A DNA stretch of 64,000 nt, from assembly GCA_902384585.1 (NCBI GenBank), contig CABMCJ010000002.1, positions 156,179 to 220,178 of the forward strand, given 5' to 3'. The notes beneath the pieces are model-generated. The model searched no databases. It saw nothing but the letters and a program-made list of their open reading frames with translations, and was not told where the DNA came from. Position numbers and translations under genes: made by a program. How positions within the stretch are numbered: the stretch's first letter is position 1; each line of letters starts with the position of its first letter. This document shows positions 36,167 to 45,698 of this stretch, one piece after another. Origin of the DNA: Candidatus Anstonella stagnisolia. GTDB taxonomy: Archaea > Micrarchaeota > Micrarchaeia > Anstonellales > Anstonellaceae.

Positions 36167-37339
36167 TTATTTTACTTTGGAGAATAGTGCAACTGCCGCA
36201 AATGCTGCAAGAGATGCGGACGTGAAGAATGCGATTGCGGGGCCAAATGCAGCCCAGAGGAAGCCAAGAAGGAGGTTTGCGGGAAGGTATGCGGCCCCTA
36301 CTGCACTATTGTATGCGCCAAGCGCAATCCCCCTTGACTTGTCCTTTACCATGCCGGAAATGTATGCCTTGTTCACGGATTCGTCTGCTGAAACGAAAAT
36401 CCCGTAGAATGCAAAGAGTAGTGCGATTTGCCACCATTGGGTGAGGGAGGCAAAGCCGATGCATATGAGCGCATAGAGCACAAACGAGCAGATTATTGTG
36501 TTCTTCTTGCCGAACTTGTCTGCGAGCGCGCCTATAGGGACTGATGCGAGCGCGTACACGATATTGTAGAGAAGGTAGAGGAGGAGGATGTTTGCGTCTG
36601 TAATACCGAGGTCGTGCGCGCGAAGTATGAGGAGCGCGAAGCTGAAATATGCGAGCGAAAAAATGCAGGAGATGAGCACAAAGCTGCGGTAGTTTGGAGT
36701 GAGAAGCTTAAGGGACTGCCAGAATCCTGCCCTTTTTTTCTGCGGCAGAACTTTCTTTTTTGGCTCGCGCACCAAGAGTGCGATTAGAGCTACTGCGATG
36801 AATGCGGGAAGGATTGCGAACGTGAAAACCGTGCGGTATGCGCTTTCTGTGTCCCCAAGGGAGGAGAGGATGAGGTATGCGATTGCAGGGCCTGCGATTG
36901 CGCCCAATGTGTCAAGCATGCGGTGCAGCCCGAATGCCTTTGCGCGGGATGCCTCGTCTGTGGAGCCTGCTATTATTGCGTCGCGCGGGGAGGAGCGTAT
37001 GCTTTTTCCCAAGCGCTCAAAGCCGCGCAGGAATAGGAACTGCGGCCATATTGAGGCAAATGCAATTCCCATTTTCGTGAGCGCGGAAAGCCCGTAGCCT
37101 GCGAGCACGAACTGCTTCCTGCTCTTGCGCGAATCCGAGAAATATCCCACGAAAATGTCAAGGAGCGAAGAAATGCTGTCTGCGATTCCCTCTATGAGCC
37201 CTATTATCTGCGAGCCAACGCCAAGAAAACGCGAAAGGAAAATTGGAAGGAGCGGGAAAATCATTTCGCTTGAAACGTCCGTGAAAAAGCTCACCAGCCC
37301 GAGGGAAAGAACGTTGCGGTTTAGCCAGCTTTTTGCCAT
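36167..37339 (-). CDS. MFS-family transporter
   Basis: 390 aa with about 12 TM segments and MFS-like loop motifs (GYFSDSRKSRKQF, LGKSIRSSPRDAII). Confidence 0.75.
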   Translation of the reverse strand: MAKSWLNRNVLSLGLVSFFTDVSSEMIFPLLPIFLSRFLGVGSQIIGLIEGIADSISSLLDIFVGYFSDSRKSRKQFVLAGYGLSALTKMGIAFASIWPQFLFLRGFERLGKSIRSSPRDAIIAGSTDEASRAKAFGLHRMLDTLGAIAGPAIAYLILSSLGDTESAYRTVFTFAILPAFIAVALIALLVREPKKKVLPQKKRAGFWQSLKLLTPNYRSFVLISCIFSLAYFSFALLILRAHDLGITDANILLLYLLYNIVYALASVPIGALADKFGKKNTIICSFVLYALICIGFASLTQWWQIALLFAFYGIFVSADESVNKAYISGMVKDKSRGIALGAYNSAVGAAYLPANLLLGFLWAAFGPAIAFFTSASLAAFAAVALFSKVK

Positions 37340-37400
37340 ATGAGAGAAACAGTTGGAGCATTTTTATTAGTTGGTGCCAAAAGAATGGAACGGGGAGGGC

Positions 37401-38726
37401 ATGAAACTAACGCTTTTTGGAGGGGCAGGGGAAATCGGGGGGAACAAAATACTCCTTGAGGAGGGCAAAAGCCGTATTTTCCTTGATTTTGGGCAGTCTT
37501 TCACGCTCCTGGATGAGTATTTTGTGCCTGAGAGCTATCTTTCCCCGCGCGAGAGATTTGGGCTCAAGGACTATTTTGAGTTCGGGCTTATCCCGCAGAT
37601 TCCGGGCCTGTATTCAAAGGAGGCAGTGGAGCATACTTCGCTGGGATATTCTTCGCCCGCATTTGATGCGGTCTTCATCACGCACGCGCACAACGACCAT
37701 GTTGCGCACCTTCCCTATTTGCACAAGGAAATACCAATTTACATGGGGGAGACTACGAAAAAAATACTGGACTCAACGGCAGAAATGACAACGCAGAAGT
37801 ATTTTGATGAGGAGAATATTGTGCGCACTTTTAGGAGCGGGAATGAGATTGAAGTTGGGGAGTTCAAAGTCGTGCCCGTGCATGTGGACCACTCTGTGCC
37901 GGGCGCATACGGATTCTTGGTGGAGGGGAAGAGCGGAAGGGTTGCGTATACTGGAGACATTAGAAAGCACGGGCAGCGCGCGGACATGAGCGAGGAATTT
38001 GTGAAAAAGGCTGAGGAGTTTGAGCCGGATGTGCTCATCATAGAGGGAACGCGGGTTGGCGGGGATTCGCGCAAAAACCACACTGAAAAATTCGTTGAGG
38101 AGGAAAGCGCAAAGGTTGCGCAAAATGCAAAGGGAATTGTAGTTGGGATGCGCTATCCAAAAGACCTTGACAGGTTCAGGACGTTTTACAATATTGCAAA
38201 GGAGAGCGGAAGGAAGCTTGTAATCTCCACGAAAACTGCGCATCTTTTGCAGGTGCTTGGGGGGGACAGCATTGGATTGCCAGACCCGTTCAATGATGAA
38301 AACATTGAGGTGTATTGCAGGAAAATGAAAATGTACAAGAAATTTGAGAAAGAGAACATGGAGAAGTGCGCCACTTTTGAACAGGTAAGGGAAATGCAAA
38401 AAGAGTGCGTATTTGAGCTGGACTTTTACTATCTTACTGAGCTTGTAGATGTGAAGCCTGTCGGAGGAGAATTGATACACTCCATGAGCGAGCCATTTGA
38501 GGAGGAGCCGCTCTCTAAAATTGCAGATGGGGTGCTGAAAAATTGGTGCACGCACTTTAAGCTCAATTCGCACCAGCTGCACGCATCAGGGCATGCAAGC
38601 GAGCAGGAGATATTTGGCATTATTGGGGAAATAAAGCCCAAGAAAGTAATTCCTGTGCACACTAAAAAGCCGGAGTTGTTTCCCAAATGCGCGCAGCTTA
38701 AGAAAGGGGAGAGCCTGGAAATTTAA
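37401..38726 (+). CDS. rnj: Beta-CASP metallo-beta-lactamase ribonuclease (archaeal RNase J-like)
   Basis: MKLTLFGGAGEIGGN ... FITHAHNDHVAHLPY is the MBL HxHxDH motif. Beta-CASP C-terminal motifs follow; about 440 aa. Confidence 0.8.
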   Translation: MKLTLFGGAGEIGGNKILLEEGKSRIFLDFGQSFTLLDEYFVPESYLSPRERFGLKDYFEFGLIPQIPGLYSKEAVEHTSLGYSSPAFDAVFITHAHNDHVAHLPYLHKEIPIYMGETTKKILDSTAEMTTQKYFDEENIVRTFRSGNEIEVGEFKVVPVHVDHSVPGAYGFLVEGKSGRVAYTGDIRKHGQRADMSEEFVKKAEEFEPDVLIIEGTRVGGDSRKNHTEKFVEEESAKVAQNAKGIVVGMRYPKDLDRFRTFYNIAKESGRKLVISTKTAHLLQVLGGDSIGLPDPFNDENIEVYCRKMKMYKKFEKENMEKCATFEQVREMQKECVFELDFYYLTELVDVKPVGGELIHSMSEPFEEEPLSKIADGVLKNWCTHFKLNSHQLHASGHASEQEIFGIIGEIKPKKVIPVHTKKPELFPKCAQLKKGESLEI

Positions 38727-39025
38727 ATCGCTTTTTCTTTTTTTAGCAGGCACATTTTCCTTTTGGACCCGCCCTTTGCGGAATAGCCGCCAAGGGAGCC
38801 GTCGCTTCGTATTACGCGATGGCAGGGGATTTTGGGCGCAAAGGGGTTCTTTGCAAGCGCATTTGCGACTGCGCGGGAGGAGTTGGGCTTGCCTATTTCT
38901 TTTGCGATTTGTTTGTAGGTGCGTATTTGGCCTCGCGGGATTTTTGCGCATGCGCGCAGTACCTTCCACTGGAAAGGGGTGAGGAGGGCGGTTTTGCCCC
39001 TAAAAGAAACCTTGCGCAATGCCAT
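38723..39025 (-). CDS. ogt: Methylated-DNA-protein-cysteine methyltransferase, DNA-binding/active-site domain only
   Basis: The IPCHRVI active-site motif sits in a 100-aa protein. The N-terminal MGMT domain is absent. Confidence 0.8.
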   Translation of the reverse strand: MALRKVSFRGKTALLTPFQWKVLRACAKIPRGQIRTYKQIAKEIGKPNSSRAVANALAKNPFAPKIPCHRVIRSDGSLGGYSAKGGSKRKMCLLKKEKAI

Positions 39026-39033
39026 GCACGCAC

Positions 39034-40200
39034 CTAATCGTATGTCACGAACGTGACATCCACTTCCTTTTCGTAGCCGGATGAGCTTATCACCATGCCA
39101 AGCGCATTTGCCTTTGCGATTGCATCGTTGAGGGCTTTCTGGTCGCTTGAGTTGAGCGTGGAAATTGTTGTGACTTTTTTCGTCACAGTTTTGGGAGTTG
39201 CTGGGACCGCGTTTTTGTCAGCAGGCTGCTGCGGGCGGTACATTGTCGTGCTCATTACTGTTGAGCGCGCATTGAGCACGCTGATGCTGCGCGTGACGCT
39301 TGTGTAGCCGTCCTTGCGAAGCTCGATTGTGTATTTTGCGGGTGAGAGCTGCAGGGTTGCAGGGGTGGTACCGTAATTCCTTCCGCCTATGTATATTGCA
39401 GCGCCGTCAGGGTTGGATGTTATTGTGAGGTTGCCCATCTGCGGTGCCTGGGGGATGCGTTCAAGCGTAACATTGATGAGCGCGGTTTCGCCTGCGCGTA
39501 TTTGGGCATTTGCAGTGTAGTTGTAGTAGCCTGTTTTTGTGAGAAGCACGGAGTGCCGCCCTTCCGAGAGGTTTTGCACGGTAAGGGGCGTTGTGCCTTT
39601 TGCGGAATTGTCAACAAACGCGCTTGCGCGAAGAGGGAAGGATTCTATGCGCAGCGACCCTGTCGGGGCGCGAAGCGCAAATCGCTGAGTGATATTGTCA
39701 CCTGCCCGAAGCGTTACGTTTGCGGATGCGGGAAGGTAGCCGTTCTTTGAGACAAATATTGTGTAGGTGCCTGCAGGCATTACTGCTGCGCGCGGCGTTG
39801 TGCCATATGAGGTTCCCCTTATTGTAATTTGCGCGCCCGAGGGGTCGCTGAGTATGTTTATTGTGCCTGTTGCGCGAAGGGTTACATTCACAGTAATGGT
39901 ATTGTTTACTGGAACCACTATGTTGGAAAATTCAGGGTAATAGCCGTCCTTTGTTATCCTTAGCTGGTAGGTGCCGGAGAGCACGCGGTCAAGGGAAAAA
40001 GGAGTGTGCCCGTCGCCGCCTTGTATTGCTGGCTGGTGCGCAACGTTTCCATCGCGAGTGAAAACTTCCACGCGGGCATCTGAGGGAAGTGTGTTTACGC
40101 GAAGAGAGCCGTAGTTTGCGGCGCGTGCGTTTATGCCAACATCCGCAAACGAAAGCGAAAGGAGCGCGAGCGCGCACAGCAGGAATATTGCGTTTTTCAT
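39034..40200 (-). CDS. Secreted protein with four tandem PEGA-like domains
   Basis: Signal peptide MKNAIFLLCALALLSLSFA. It is followed by four ~85-aa repeats of the pattern (I/V)xSxPxGAxIxIxGxxxGTTP...GxYxIxxxKxGY. A Thr/Ser-rich tail follows. Confidence 0.65.
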   Translation of the reverse strand: MKNAIFLLCALALLSLSFADVGINARAANYGSLRVNTLPSDARVEVFTRDGNVAHQPAIQGGDGHTPFSLDRVLSGTYQLRITKDGYYPEFSNIVVPVNNTITVNVTLRATGTINILSDPSGAQITIRGTSYGTTPRAAVMPAGTYTIFVSKNGYLPASANVTLRAGDNITQRFALRAPTGSLRIESFPLRASAFVDNSAKGTTPLTVQNLSEGRHSVLLTKTGYYNYTANAQIRAGETALINVTLERIPQAPQMGNLTITSNPDGAAIYIGGRNYGTTPATLQLSPAKYTIELRKDGYTSVTRSISVLNARSTVMSTTMYRPQQPADKNAVPATPKTVTKKVTTISTLNSSDQKALNDAIAKANALGMVISSSGYEKEVDVTFVTYD

Positions 40201-40240
40201 TTTGCCACCCCGGCTGCAGGCTTGGTTTTGCAGGATTAGT

Positions 40241-41194
40241 TTATTTCTTGAGCACTAGGAACTGCGCAAGGAGCGCCTCTATCTGTATTGTTTCGTTTGC
40301 GCCTTCCACGAGGCGGAAGTTGTATTCGCCGATTTTATCAACAAGCGCGACTTTTGAGGCTTCGGGAATTTTCAGGGAATCAACTTCGCGGAACATCTGT
40401 ATGAGCACGTCCTCTCCGGACATCCCGTAGCTTATCATGAGGTCGCGCAAATGCTTGCGCGCATCTATGAACTTCCCTTCAAGGGCTGCGTTCATCATCT
40501 GGGAAATTTCCTTGGGATGCGCGCGGCTTGCATTCTTGAAAATTTCCTCTTCCGTGATGTGCGAGCCTGCCATTGCCGCACCTTGGAGCGCATTGAGGGC
40601 CTTGCGCATATCACCTTCGGACACGTATATGAGCGCAGCGATTGCCTTTTCGTCCACCTTGAGGTTTTCGGTTTTTGCAACGCGTTCTATAAGCCCCTTC
40701 ACATCCTCCTCTTGGAGGGGCTGGAAGCGGAAAACAGAGCATCTGCTTTGGAGCGGCTCAATTATTTTTGAGGAGTAGTTTGCGCCAAGCACGAAACGCG
40801 TTACTGAGGCATACATTTCCATTGTGCGCCTTAGCGCATGCTGCGCGTCGGACGTGAGCGCGTCCGCCTCGTCAAGGAAGATTATCTTAAACGGCACCTG
40901 CACAAGCGCGATTGTGCGCGCAAAGTCCTTTATTTTGCCCCGCACAACATCTATTCCGCGCTCGTCGGATGCATTGAGCTCAAGCACGCTCTCGTTGTAG
41001 TGCTCGCCGAAAATGTCGTGCGCGAGAGCGAGAGTTGCGGTTGTTTTTCCTATTCCGGGCGGCCCTGCAAAAAGAAGGTTCGGCATGTTGCGCGCCTTAA
41101 CGTAACCTTTTAGCGAAGAAACGATGTTCTTTTGCCCTATTATGTCGTCCAGCGTTTTCGGGCGGTACTTCTCTGTCCAGGGAATAAGCTCCAT
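40241..41194 (-). CDS. rfcS: Replication factor C small subunit
   Basis: PWTEKYRPKTLDDIIGQ, Walker A GPPGIGKTT, DEAD-like FLDEADALT, and the SRC motif (PLQSRCSVFRF). Confidence 0.9.
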   Translation of the reverse strand: MELIPWTEKYRPKTLDDIIGQKNIVSSLKGYVKARNMPNLLFAGPPGIGKTTATLALAHDIFGEHYNESVLELNASDERGIDVVRGKIKDFARTIALVQVPFKIIFLDEADALTSDAQHALRRTMEMYASVTRFVLGANYSSKIIEPLQSRCSVFRFQPLQEEDVKGLIERVAKTENLKVDEKAIAALIYVSEGDMRKALNALQGAAMAGSHITEEEIFKNASRAHPKEISQMMNAALEGKFIDARKHLRDLMISYGMSGEDVLIQMFREVDSLKIPEASKVALVDKIGEYNFRLVEGANETIQIEALLAQFLVLKK

Positions 41195-41330
41195 AAAACC
41201 ACTATTTTCTTTCTCTCAAGATTCTTTCTCTCCCGTTGGAGTATGGGGGACAAATATTAAATAACCTTTAGAAGCCTAAGAGAAACGTTAGATTTAGGAC
41301 AACGCCCTCGCCTAAAGGCGCGGGTAGAAA

Positions 41331-44300
41331 GTGATGAGAGGCATACCGCGCCTTTACCCGCCAGAGGCGGGCTTGGGCGCGGGCGTTGGTGGTATTTTGC
41401 ACGAACAGGTAAAGCTTGAAAAGGAAATTTTGGGATTCTGGGATTCACAAAAAATTTACGAAAAGATAAAGATGCAGAATGAGGCAGGCACGCCTTTCTA
41501 CTTTTGCGATGGGCCCCCGTATGCAACCGGGCAGATACACCCGGGAACTGCGTGGAACAAGTGCCTAAAGGATGCGGTGTGCAGGTATAAACGGGCGTGC
41601 GGGTTTAATGTGCGCGCGCAGCCGGGGTACGACACCCACGGGCTTCCTATCGAGGTGAAAGTGGAGCAGGAAATGAAACTTAAGCACAAGGGCGAAATTG
41701 AGACTGTTGGCGTTGAGAAATTCGTGCAGCGCTGCAAATTCTTTGCAAGCGAGCACATGGGAGTTATGGGAAAGCAGTTTTTCCGCTGCGGCGTGTGGAT
41801 GGACTGGGATAAGCCTTACATTACATACAAGGACGAGTACATAAGCAAGAGTTGGGGAACTATAAAAGCTGCGCATGAGAAGGGAGTGCTGCAGCAGGGG
41901 AACTATGTTGTCCCTTATTGCACGCGCTGCGAAACAACGCTTGCAAACTATGAGTTGGAATACGGGGAGCAGGATGACCCGTCCCTTTATGTGAAATTCA
42001 AGGTGAAGGGAACTGAAAACGAGTACCTTGTGATATGGACCACTACGCCCTGGACGCTTGTGTCCAATATGGCAGTCATGGTGCACCCCACGCATTTGTA
42101 CGTGAAGGTGCAGGTGGGCGGGGAAATTCTTATTGTTGCAAAAGAGAGGATGGATGCGGTAATGGCATTTTTCCCGACTACAAGTGCGACTGTGCTTGGG
42201 GAGCTTAGCGGCAAAAAGCTTGAGGGAACAAAATACGAGCATCCGCTTGCTGGGAAAATTTCAAAGGAGTATGACAGGAAAGTCATATTGTCGGATGAGT
42301 ATGTGACGCTTGAGGATGGAAGCGGGCTTGTGCATTGCGCGCCAGGGCATGGGCCTGAGGACTTTATTGTGGGAAGAAGGTTTGGGATTGAAGTTTATTC
42401 GCCAATAAACAATGAGGGGAAATTCACAAAGGATGCGGGCGCGTACGCAGGGATTGCTGCACGCGAGGCTAACCCAAAAATAATTGAGGACCTTGAGGCA
42501 TGCGGCGCGCTTATACACGCGGGAAAAGTGAGGCACAGATATCCGCACTGCTGGAGATGCAAAACTCCGCTTATATTCATGGCAACTCCGCAGTGGTTCA
42601 TTACAATTTCGAAATTCCGCGAAAGGATGCATGAGGAAATTGCAAATGTTAAATGGAAGCCGGACTTTGCGCTCACGCGCTTTTCGGACTTTGTTAGCAA
42701 CGCGCCGGACTGGTGCATTTCAAGGCAGAGGTATTGGGGGATTCCGCTTCCGATTTGGAAGTGCGAGAAGTGCGTTGAAATGCGCGTGCTGGGTTCGCGG
42801 GAAGAGCTTCCGGTGCAGCCAAAAGAGCTTCACCGCCCGTACATTGATGAGATAAAGCTGGAGTGCAAGTGCGGTGGGAAAATGAGCCGCGTAAGCGACA
42901 TACTGGACGTTTGGTTTGATTCGGGAAATGCAGTGTGGGCATCGCTTTCCAAAGAGGACAAGGTGAATCCGGCTTACACGGACTTTATTGTGGAGGGCAA
43001 GGACCAGACAAGGGGATGGTTTTATTCGCTTCTTGGGTGCGGCATTGTGGTGAACAACCAGGCGCCTTACAAGACTGTTCTCATGCACGGCTTCTTTGTT
43101 GATGATAAGGGAGAAAAGATGAGCAAGTCCGTGGGGAATTTTGTGCCACTTGAGGAAGTCGTGGACAAGTACGGTGCGGATGCTTTCAGGCTTTGGAGCC
43201 TTTCAAACACTATATGGGACGACCTGCGCTTTAGCTGGATGGAAATAAAGGAGGCGCACCGCACGCTTGGGATATTGTACAATTTAGAGGCGTTCATGGA
43301 GCGCTTTTACGTGCACCCGAAAAAGGAAATGCAAAAGGACGCGCTTGAGATTGAGGACAAGTGGATGCTTTCGCGCCTTGAGAGCGTGAAGAAAATTGCT
43401 ACAGAAGCGTATGAGGAGTACGAGCCCAACAGGGCTGCAAAAGCGCTTCGGGAATTCCTTGTGGAAGACGTGAGCCGCTTTTACATGAAGCTTGCGAAAG
43501 AGAGGATGGACGGGAAGGGGGCGCATGTTGTGCACTCTGTGCTGTACAAGTGCATGCTGGAGGCGCACATAATGCTCATGCCCATTATACCTTTCATGTG
43601 CGAGCACAACTACCAGAAATTCTTCAAGAAATACGAGAAGCGCGAATCACTTGCGCTTTTTGCATGGCCCAAAGAGGAGCCAAGCGTGCAGGATGCGCTC
43701 CTTGAGAGGCAGATGGAAATTGCAAAAGGAGTAATAGCAGCTACGAGTGCTGCAAGGATGGCTGGGAACATAAAATTGAGATGGCCGCTTGAGGAAGTTA
43801 CGATTGTGTGCTCGGAGACTGAAATTTCAAATGCGGCTGAGAGGCTTAGCGGCATCATAGAGGCGATGTGCAATTTGCACAAAATAAAAATCGCACAGAA
43901 AATCGAGTCTTCTTTCTCCCTTGTTGTGAACAAGGCAAAAGTGGGCGCAAAGTTCAAGCAGGAAAGCGCTGCTGCATATGAAGCGATAAGCAAATTGTCC
44001 GCAGAAGAGGTTCAGAAATGGATTTCAGAGGGAGCTGGAAAAGGCGAGAAGCTCCTTGCGGATGGGAAATACGAGGTTGAGCGCGAAATGGTGAGTGTTG
44101 TGGAGAGCGCGAAAGACCGTGCGATTGCGCCATTTGACGGCGGGAAAGTTTACCTTAAGACAAAAATAAGCGAGGAGCTTTATGCGCAGGCAATGGTAAG
44201 GGAAGCGGCGCGCAGGGTGCAGATGCTGAGAAAAGAAATGGGGCTCGTGGAAGGGGACAAGGTGCATCTTTTCATAGAGGCGGACAAGGAGCTTGAGAAA

Positions 44301-44438
44301 ATACTGCACGCGCAAAAACCATCGCTCATGATGGAAGTGAATGCGCAGGAAATAGAGTTTGGAAAGCACGGGAAGGGAAAAGGAAATGAGTATGAGATTG
44401 AGGAGAGCAAGCTGAAGATTTGGGTTGAAAAGAAATGA
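41331..44438 (+). CDS. ileS: Isoleucyl-tRNA synthetase
   Basis: PPYATGQIHPGTAWNK is the HIGH-type region, KMSKSVGN is the KMSKS motif, and CP1 editing domain motifs are present; about 1030 aa. The exact start is uncertain, because the first ~25 aa of the ORF look like a non-native extension. Confidence 0.9.
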   Translation: MMRGIPRLYPPEAGLGAGVGGILHEQVKLEKEILGFWDSQKIYEKIKMQNEAGTPFYFCDGPPYATGQIHPGTAWNKCLKDAVCRYKRACGFNVRAQPGYDTHGLPIEVKVEQEMKLKHKGEIETVGVEKFVQRCKFFASEHMGVMGKQFFRCGVWMDWDKPYITYKDEYISKSWGTIKAAHEKGVLQQGNYVVPYCTRCETTLANYELEYGEQDDPSLYVKFKVKGTENEYLVIWTTTPWTLVSNMAVMVHPTHLYVKVQVGGEILIVAKERMDAVMAFFPTTSATVLGELSGKKLEGTKYEHPLAGKISKEYDRKVILSDEYVTLEDGSGLVHCAPGHGPEDFIVGRRFGIEVYSPINNEGKFTKDAGAYAGIAAREANPKIIEDLEACGALIHAGKVRHRYPHCWRCKTPLIFMATPQWFITISKFRERMHEEIANVKWKPDFALTRFSDFVSNAPDWCISRQRYWGIPLPIWKCEKCVEMRVLGSREELPVQPKELHRPYIDEIKLECKCGGKMSRVSDILDVWFDSGNAVWASLSKEDKVNPAYTDFIVEGKDQTRGWFYSLLGCGIVVNNQAPYKTVLMHGFFVDDKGEKMSKSVGNFVPLEEVVDKYGADAFRLWSLSNTIWDDLRFSWMEIKEAHRTLGILYNLEAFMERFYVHPKKEMQKDALEIEDKWMLSRLESVKKIATEAYEEYEPNRAAKALREFLVEDVSRFYMKLAKERMDGKGAHVVHSVLYKCMLEAHIMLMPIIPFMCEHNYQKFFKKYEKRESLALFAWPKEEPSVQDALLERQMEIAKGVIAATSAARMAGNIKLRWPLEEVTIVCSETEISNAAERLSGIIEAMCNLHKIKIAQKIESSFSLVVNKAKVGAKFKQESAAAYEAISKLSAEEVQKWISEGAGKGEKLLADGKYEVEREMVSVVESAKDRAIAPFDGGKVYLKTKISEELYAQAMVREAARRVQMLRKEMGLVEGDKVHLFIEADKELEKILHAQKPSLMMEVNAQEIEFGKHGKGKGNEYEIEESKLKIWVEKK

Positions 44439-44554
44439 AAAAAGACGGCCCAATTCCACTAGAGGTAAAAGACGGCAAGGTTACGAGATGGGTATGCAGG
44501 TGCGGCAAGTCCTTAAAATTGCCTGAGTGCGACTGGACTTGCACAAAAAAATAG
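44435..44554 (+). CDS. 39-aa CDGSH-like zinc-finger mini-ORF (all-Cys variant), not in the ORF track
   Basis: The ATG overlaps the ileS TGA (ATGA). It translates to MKKDGPIPLEVKDGKVTRWVCRCGKSLKLPECDWTCTKK. C-x-C-x2-S-x3-P-x-C-D-W-T-C mimics the CDGSH motif with Cys in place of His. It ends at a TAG that is in frame with the next gene. Confidence 0.4.
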   Translation: MKKDGPIPLEVKDGKVTRWVCRCGKSLKLPECDWTCTKK

Positions 44555-44563
44555 GTGGTTTGT

Positions 44564-44764
44564 ATGGCGCGCATTGTAGAGAAAACTGCTAACGAGCCTG
44601 CGGAAATAAAGCTGGGCGACGGGAAGTCCGTGTGGATTTGCCAGTGCGGTCTTTCAGGCAACCAGCCGTATTGCGACGGGTCGCACAATAAAACGCTTAG
44701 TGAGGAAAAGGGGAAAACCTACAAGTATCTTCCCGATGGGACAAGAGTGGAAGTAAAGAAGTAG
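44564..44764 (+). CDS. CDGSH iron-sulfur domain protein
   Basis: WICQCGLSGNQPYCDGSHNK is the canonical C-x-C-x2-S-x3-P-x-C-D-G-S-H motif. The start is taken at ATG (MARIVEK). The track ORF starts at GTG 44555, directly after the TAG. Confidence 0.7.
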   Translation: MARIVEKTANEPAEIKLGDGKSVWICQCGLSGNQPYCDGSHNKTLSEEKGKTYKYLPDGTRVEVKK

Positions 44765-44774
44765 GGTGCGCTAA

Positions 44775-45611
44775 TTAGGGGTAGCCGGGATTTTGATAAA
44801 GAAGCTGTATTTCGCCATCCGAAAGCACGCGGTGGTATATCTGGACTTCGTCTATGCTTCCATCAACGTAAAAACTGTTTATAACGCTTGGAATTTGAAG
44901 CACAGTTCCCTGGAATGAGTCTACATTGGCATTTGTAGTGGAACCTATCAGGGCGCCATTAACATACAGGCTGGCGGTCTTTGTAGCCTTATTGAAAGTT
45001 CCAGTAAGCATATACCATTGGCCGGCAACAAGCGTTGCACCGGGAGTTTCTGCATAAGTTCCTGAATTTTTAGCTACAGTAAAATATACGGTGCTTGTCC
45101 AACGTTTTGTCCAGAGTGCCCATCCGGCAACCTGCGGTACGTCACTTGAGAAGTAAGTTCCAGAAGAGATGGGTATGCTGTAGATGCTTGTAAAACTATC
45201 GAATTTGACAAACATATTTACGGTTAGGTCGGTCGCATCAGAAATTATCGCACTGGGGCTATTTACGCTGCAATATTGGGACGTGCTAGCGGTGTGCAAC
45301 GCATTTCCGCTTTTTCCGCTTGCCCAAGTGCCGGAGAAAGTGCAGGTATACCCGCCTCTGTTATCTGCGGCTGATGCACCGCTTCCCTCGTCAAATTTAA
45401 AGTATGCAACAAGCCCCTGCAAAAGATCCGGGTATTGCATTGCGGCTATTTTGAATTTCGTGTCTGTCTGGGATTTCTTTGTGTCTTTTGTTGTGCCAGT
45501 TGGCCAGACAAGAAGCGCGACGCAAATAAGGGCTATTCCTAGGACTACGCTCATAAGAACTAAATATTCCGTAGCTCCTTGCGCTTTTTTAGTTTGTGTT
45601 ATGCCCGCCAC
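44775..45611 (-). CDS. Archaeal type IV pilin-like protein with LamG/ConA-like domain (paralog 2)
   Basis: MAGITQTKKAQGATEYLVLMSVVLGIALICVALLV is a class-III-type signal. The conserved blocks QYPDLLQGLVAYFKFDEGSG and GSIDEVQIYHRVLSDGEIQLLYQNPGYP are shared with 15516-16319. Confidence 0.65.
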   Translation of the reverse strand: MAGITQTKKAQGATEYLVLMSVVLGIALICVALLVWPTGTTKDTKKSQTDTKFKIAAMQYPDLLQGLVAYFKFDEGSGASAADNRGGYTCTFSGTWASGKSGNALHTASTSQYCSVNSPSAIISDATDLTVNMFVKFDSFTSIYSIPISSGTYFSSDVPQVAGWALWTKRWTSTVYFTVAKNSGTYAETPGATLVAGQWYMLTGTFNKATKTASLYVNGALIGSTTNANVDSFQGTVLQIPSVINSFYVDGSIDEVQIYHRVLSDGEIQLLYQNPGYP

Positions 45612-45698
45612 GCAACCTTATGCCATCACCCGCCTTAAAAATATTTATGCTTGGTGAAAGCTGCTTCGCTAGAGGTTCCAAAATCTGAAAAAGAAGCC

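Noticed and set aside
37773-38582. 269-aa minus-strand ORF inside the aRNase J gene
   Set aside because: Antisense to the MBL/beta-CASP gene carrying HxHxDH.
41565-42242. Multiple 100-225-aa minus-strand ORFs inside ileS (41565-44438)
   Set aside because: All antisense to a 1035-aa IleRS with HIGH and KMSKS motifs. None has motifs.
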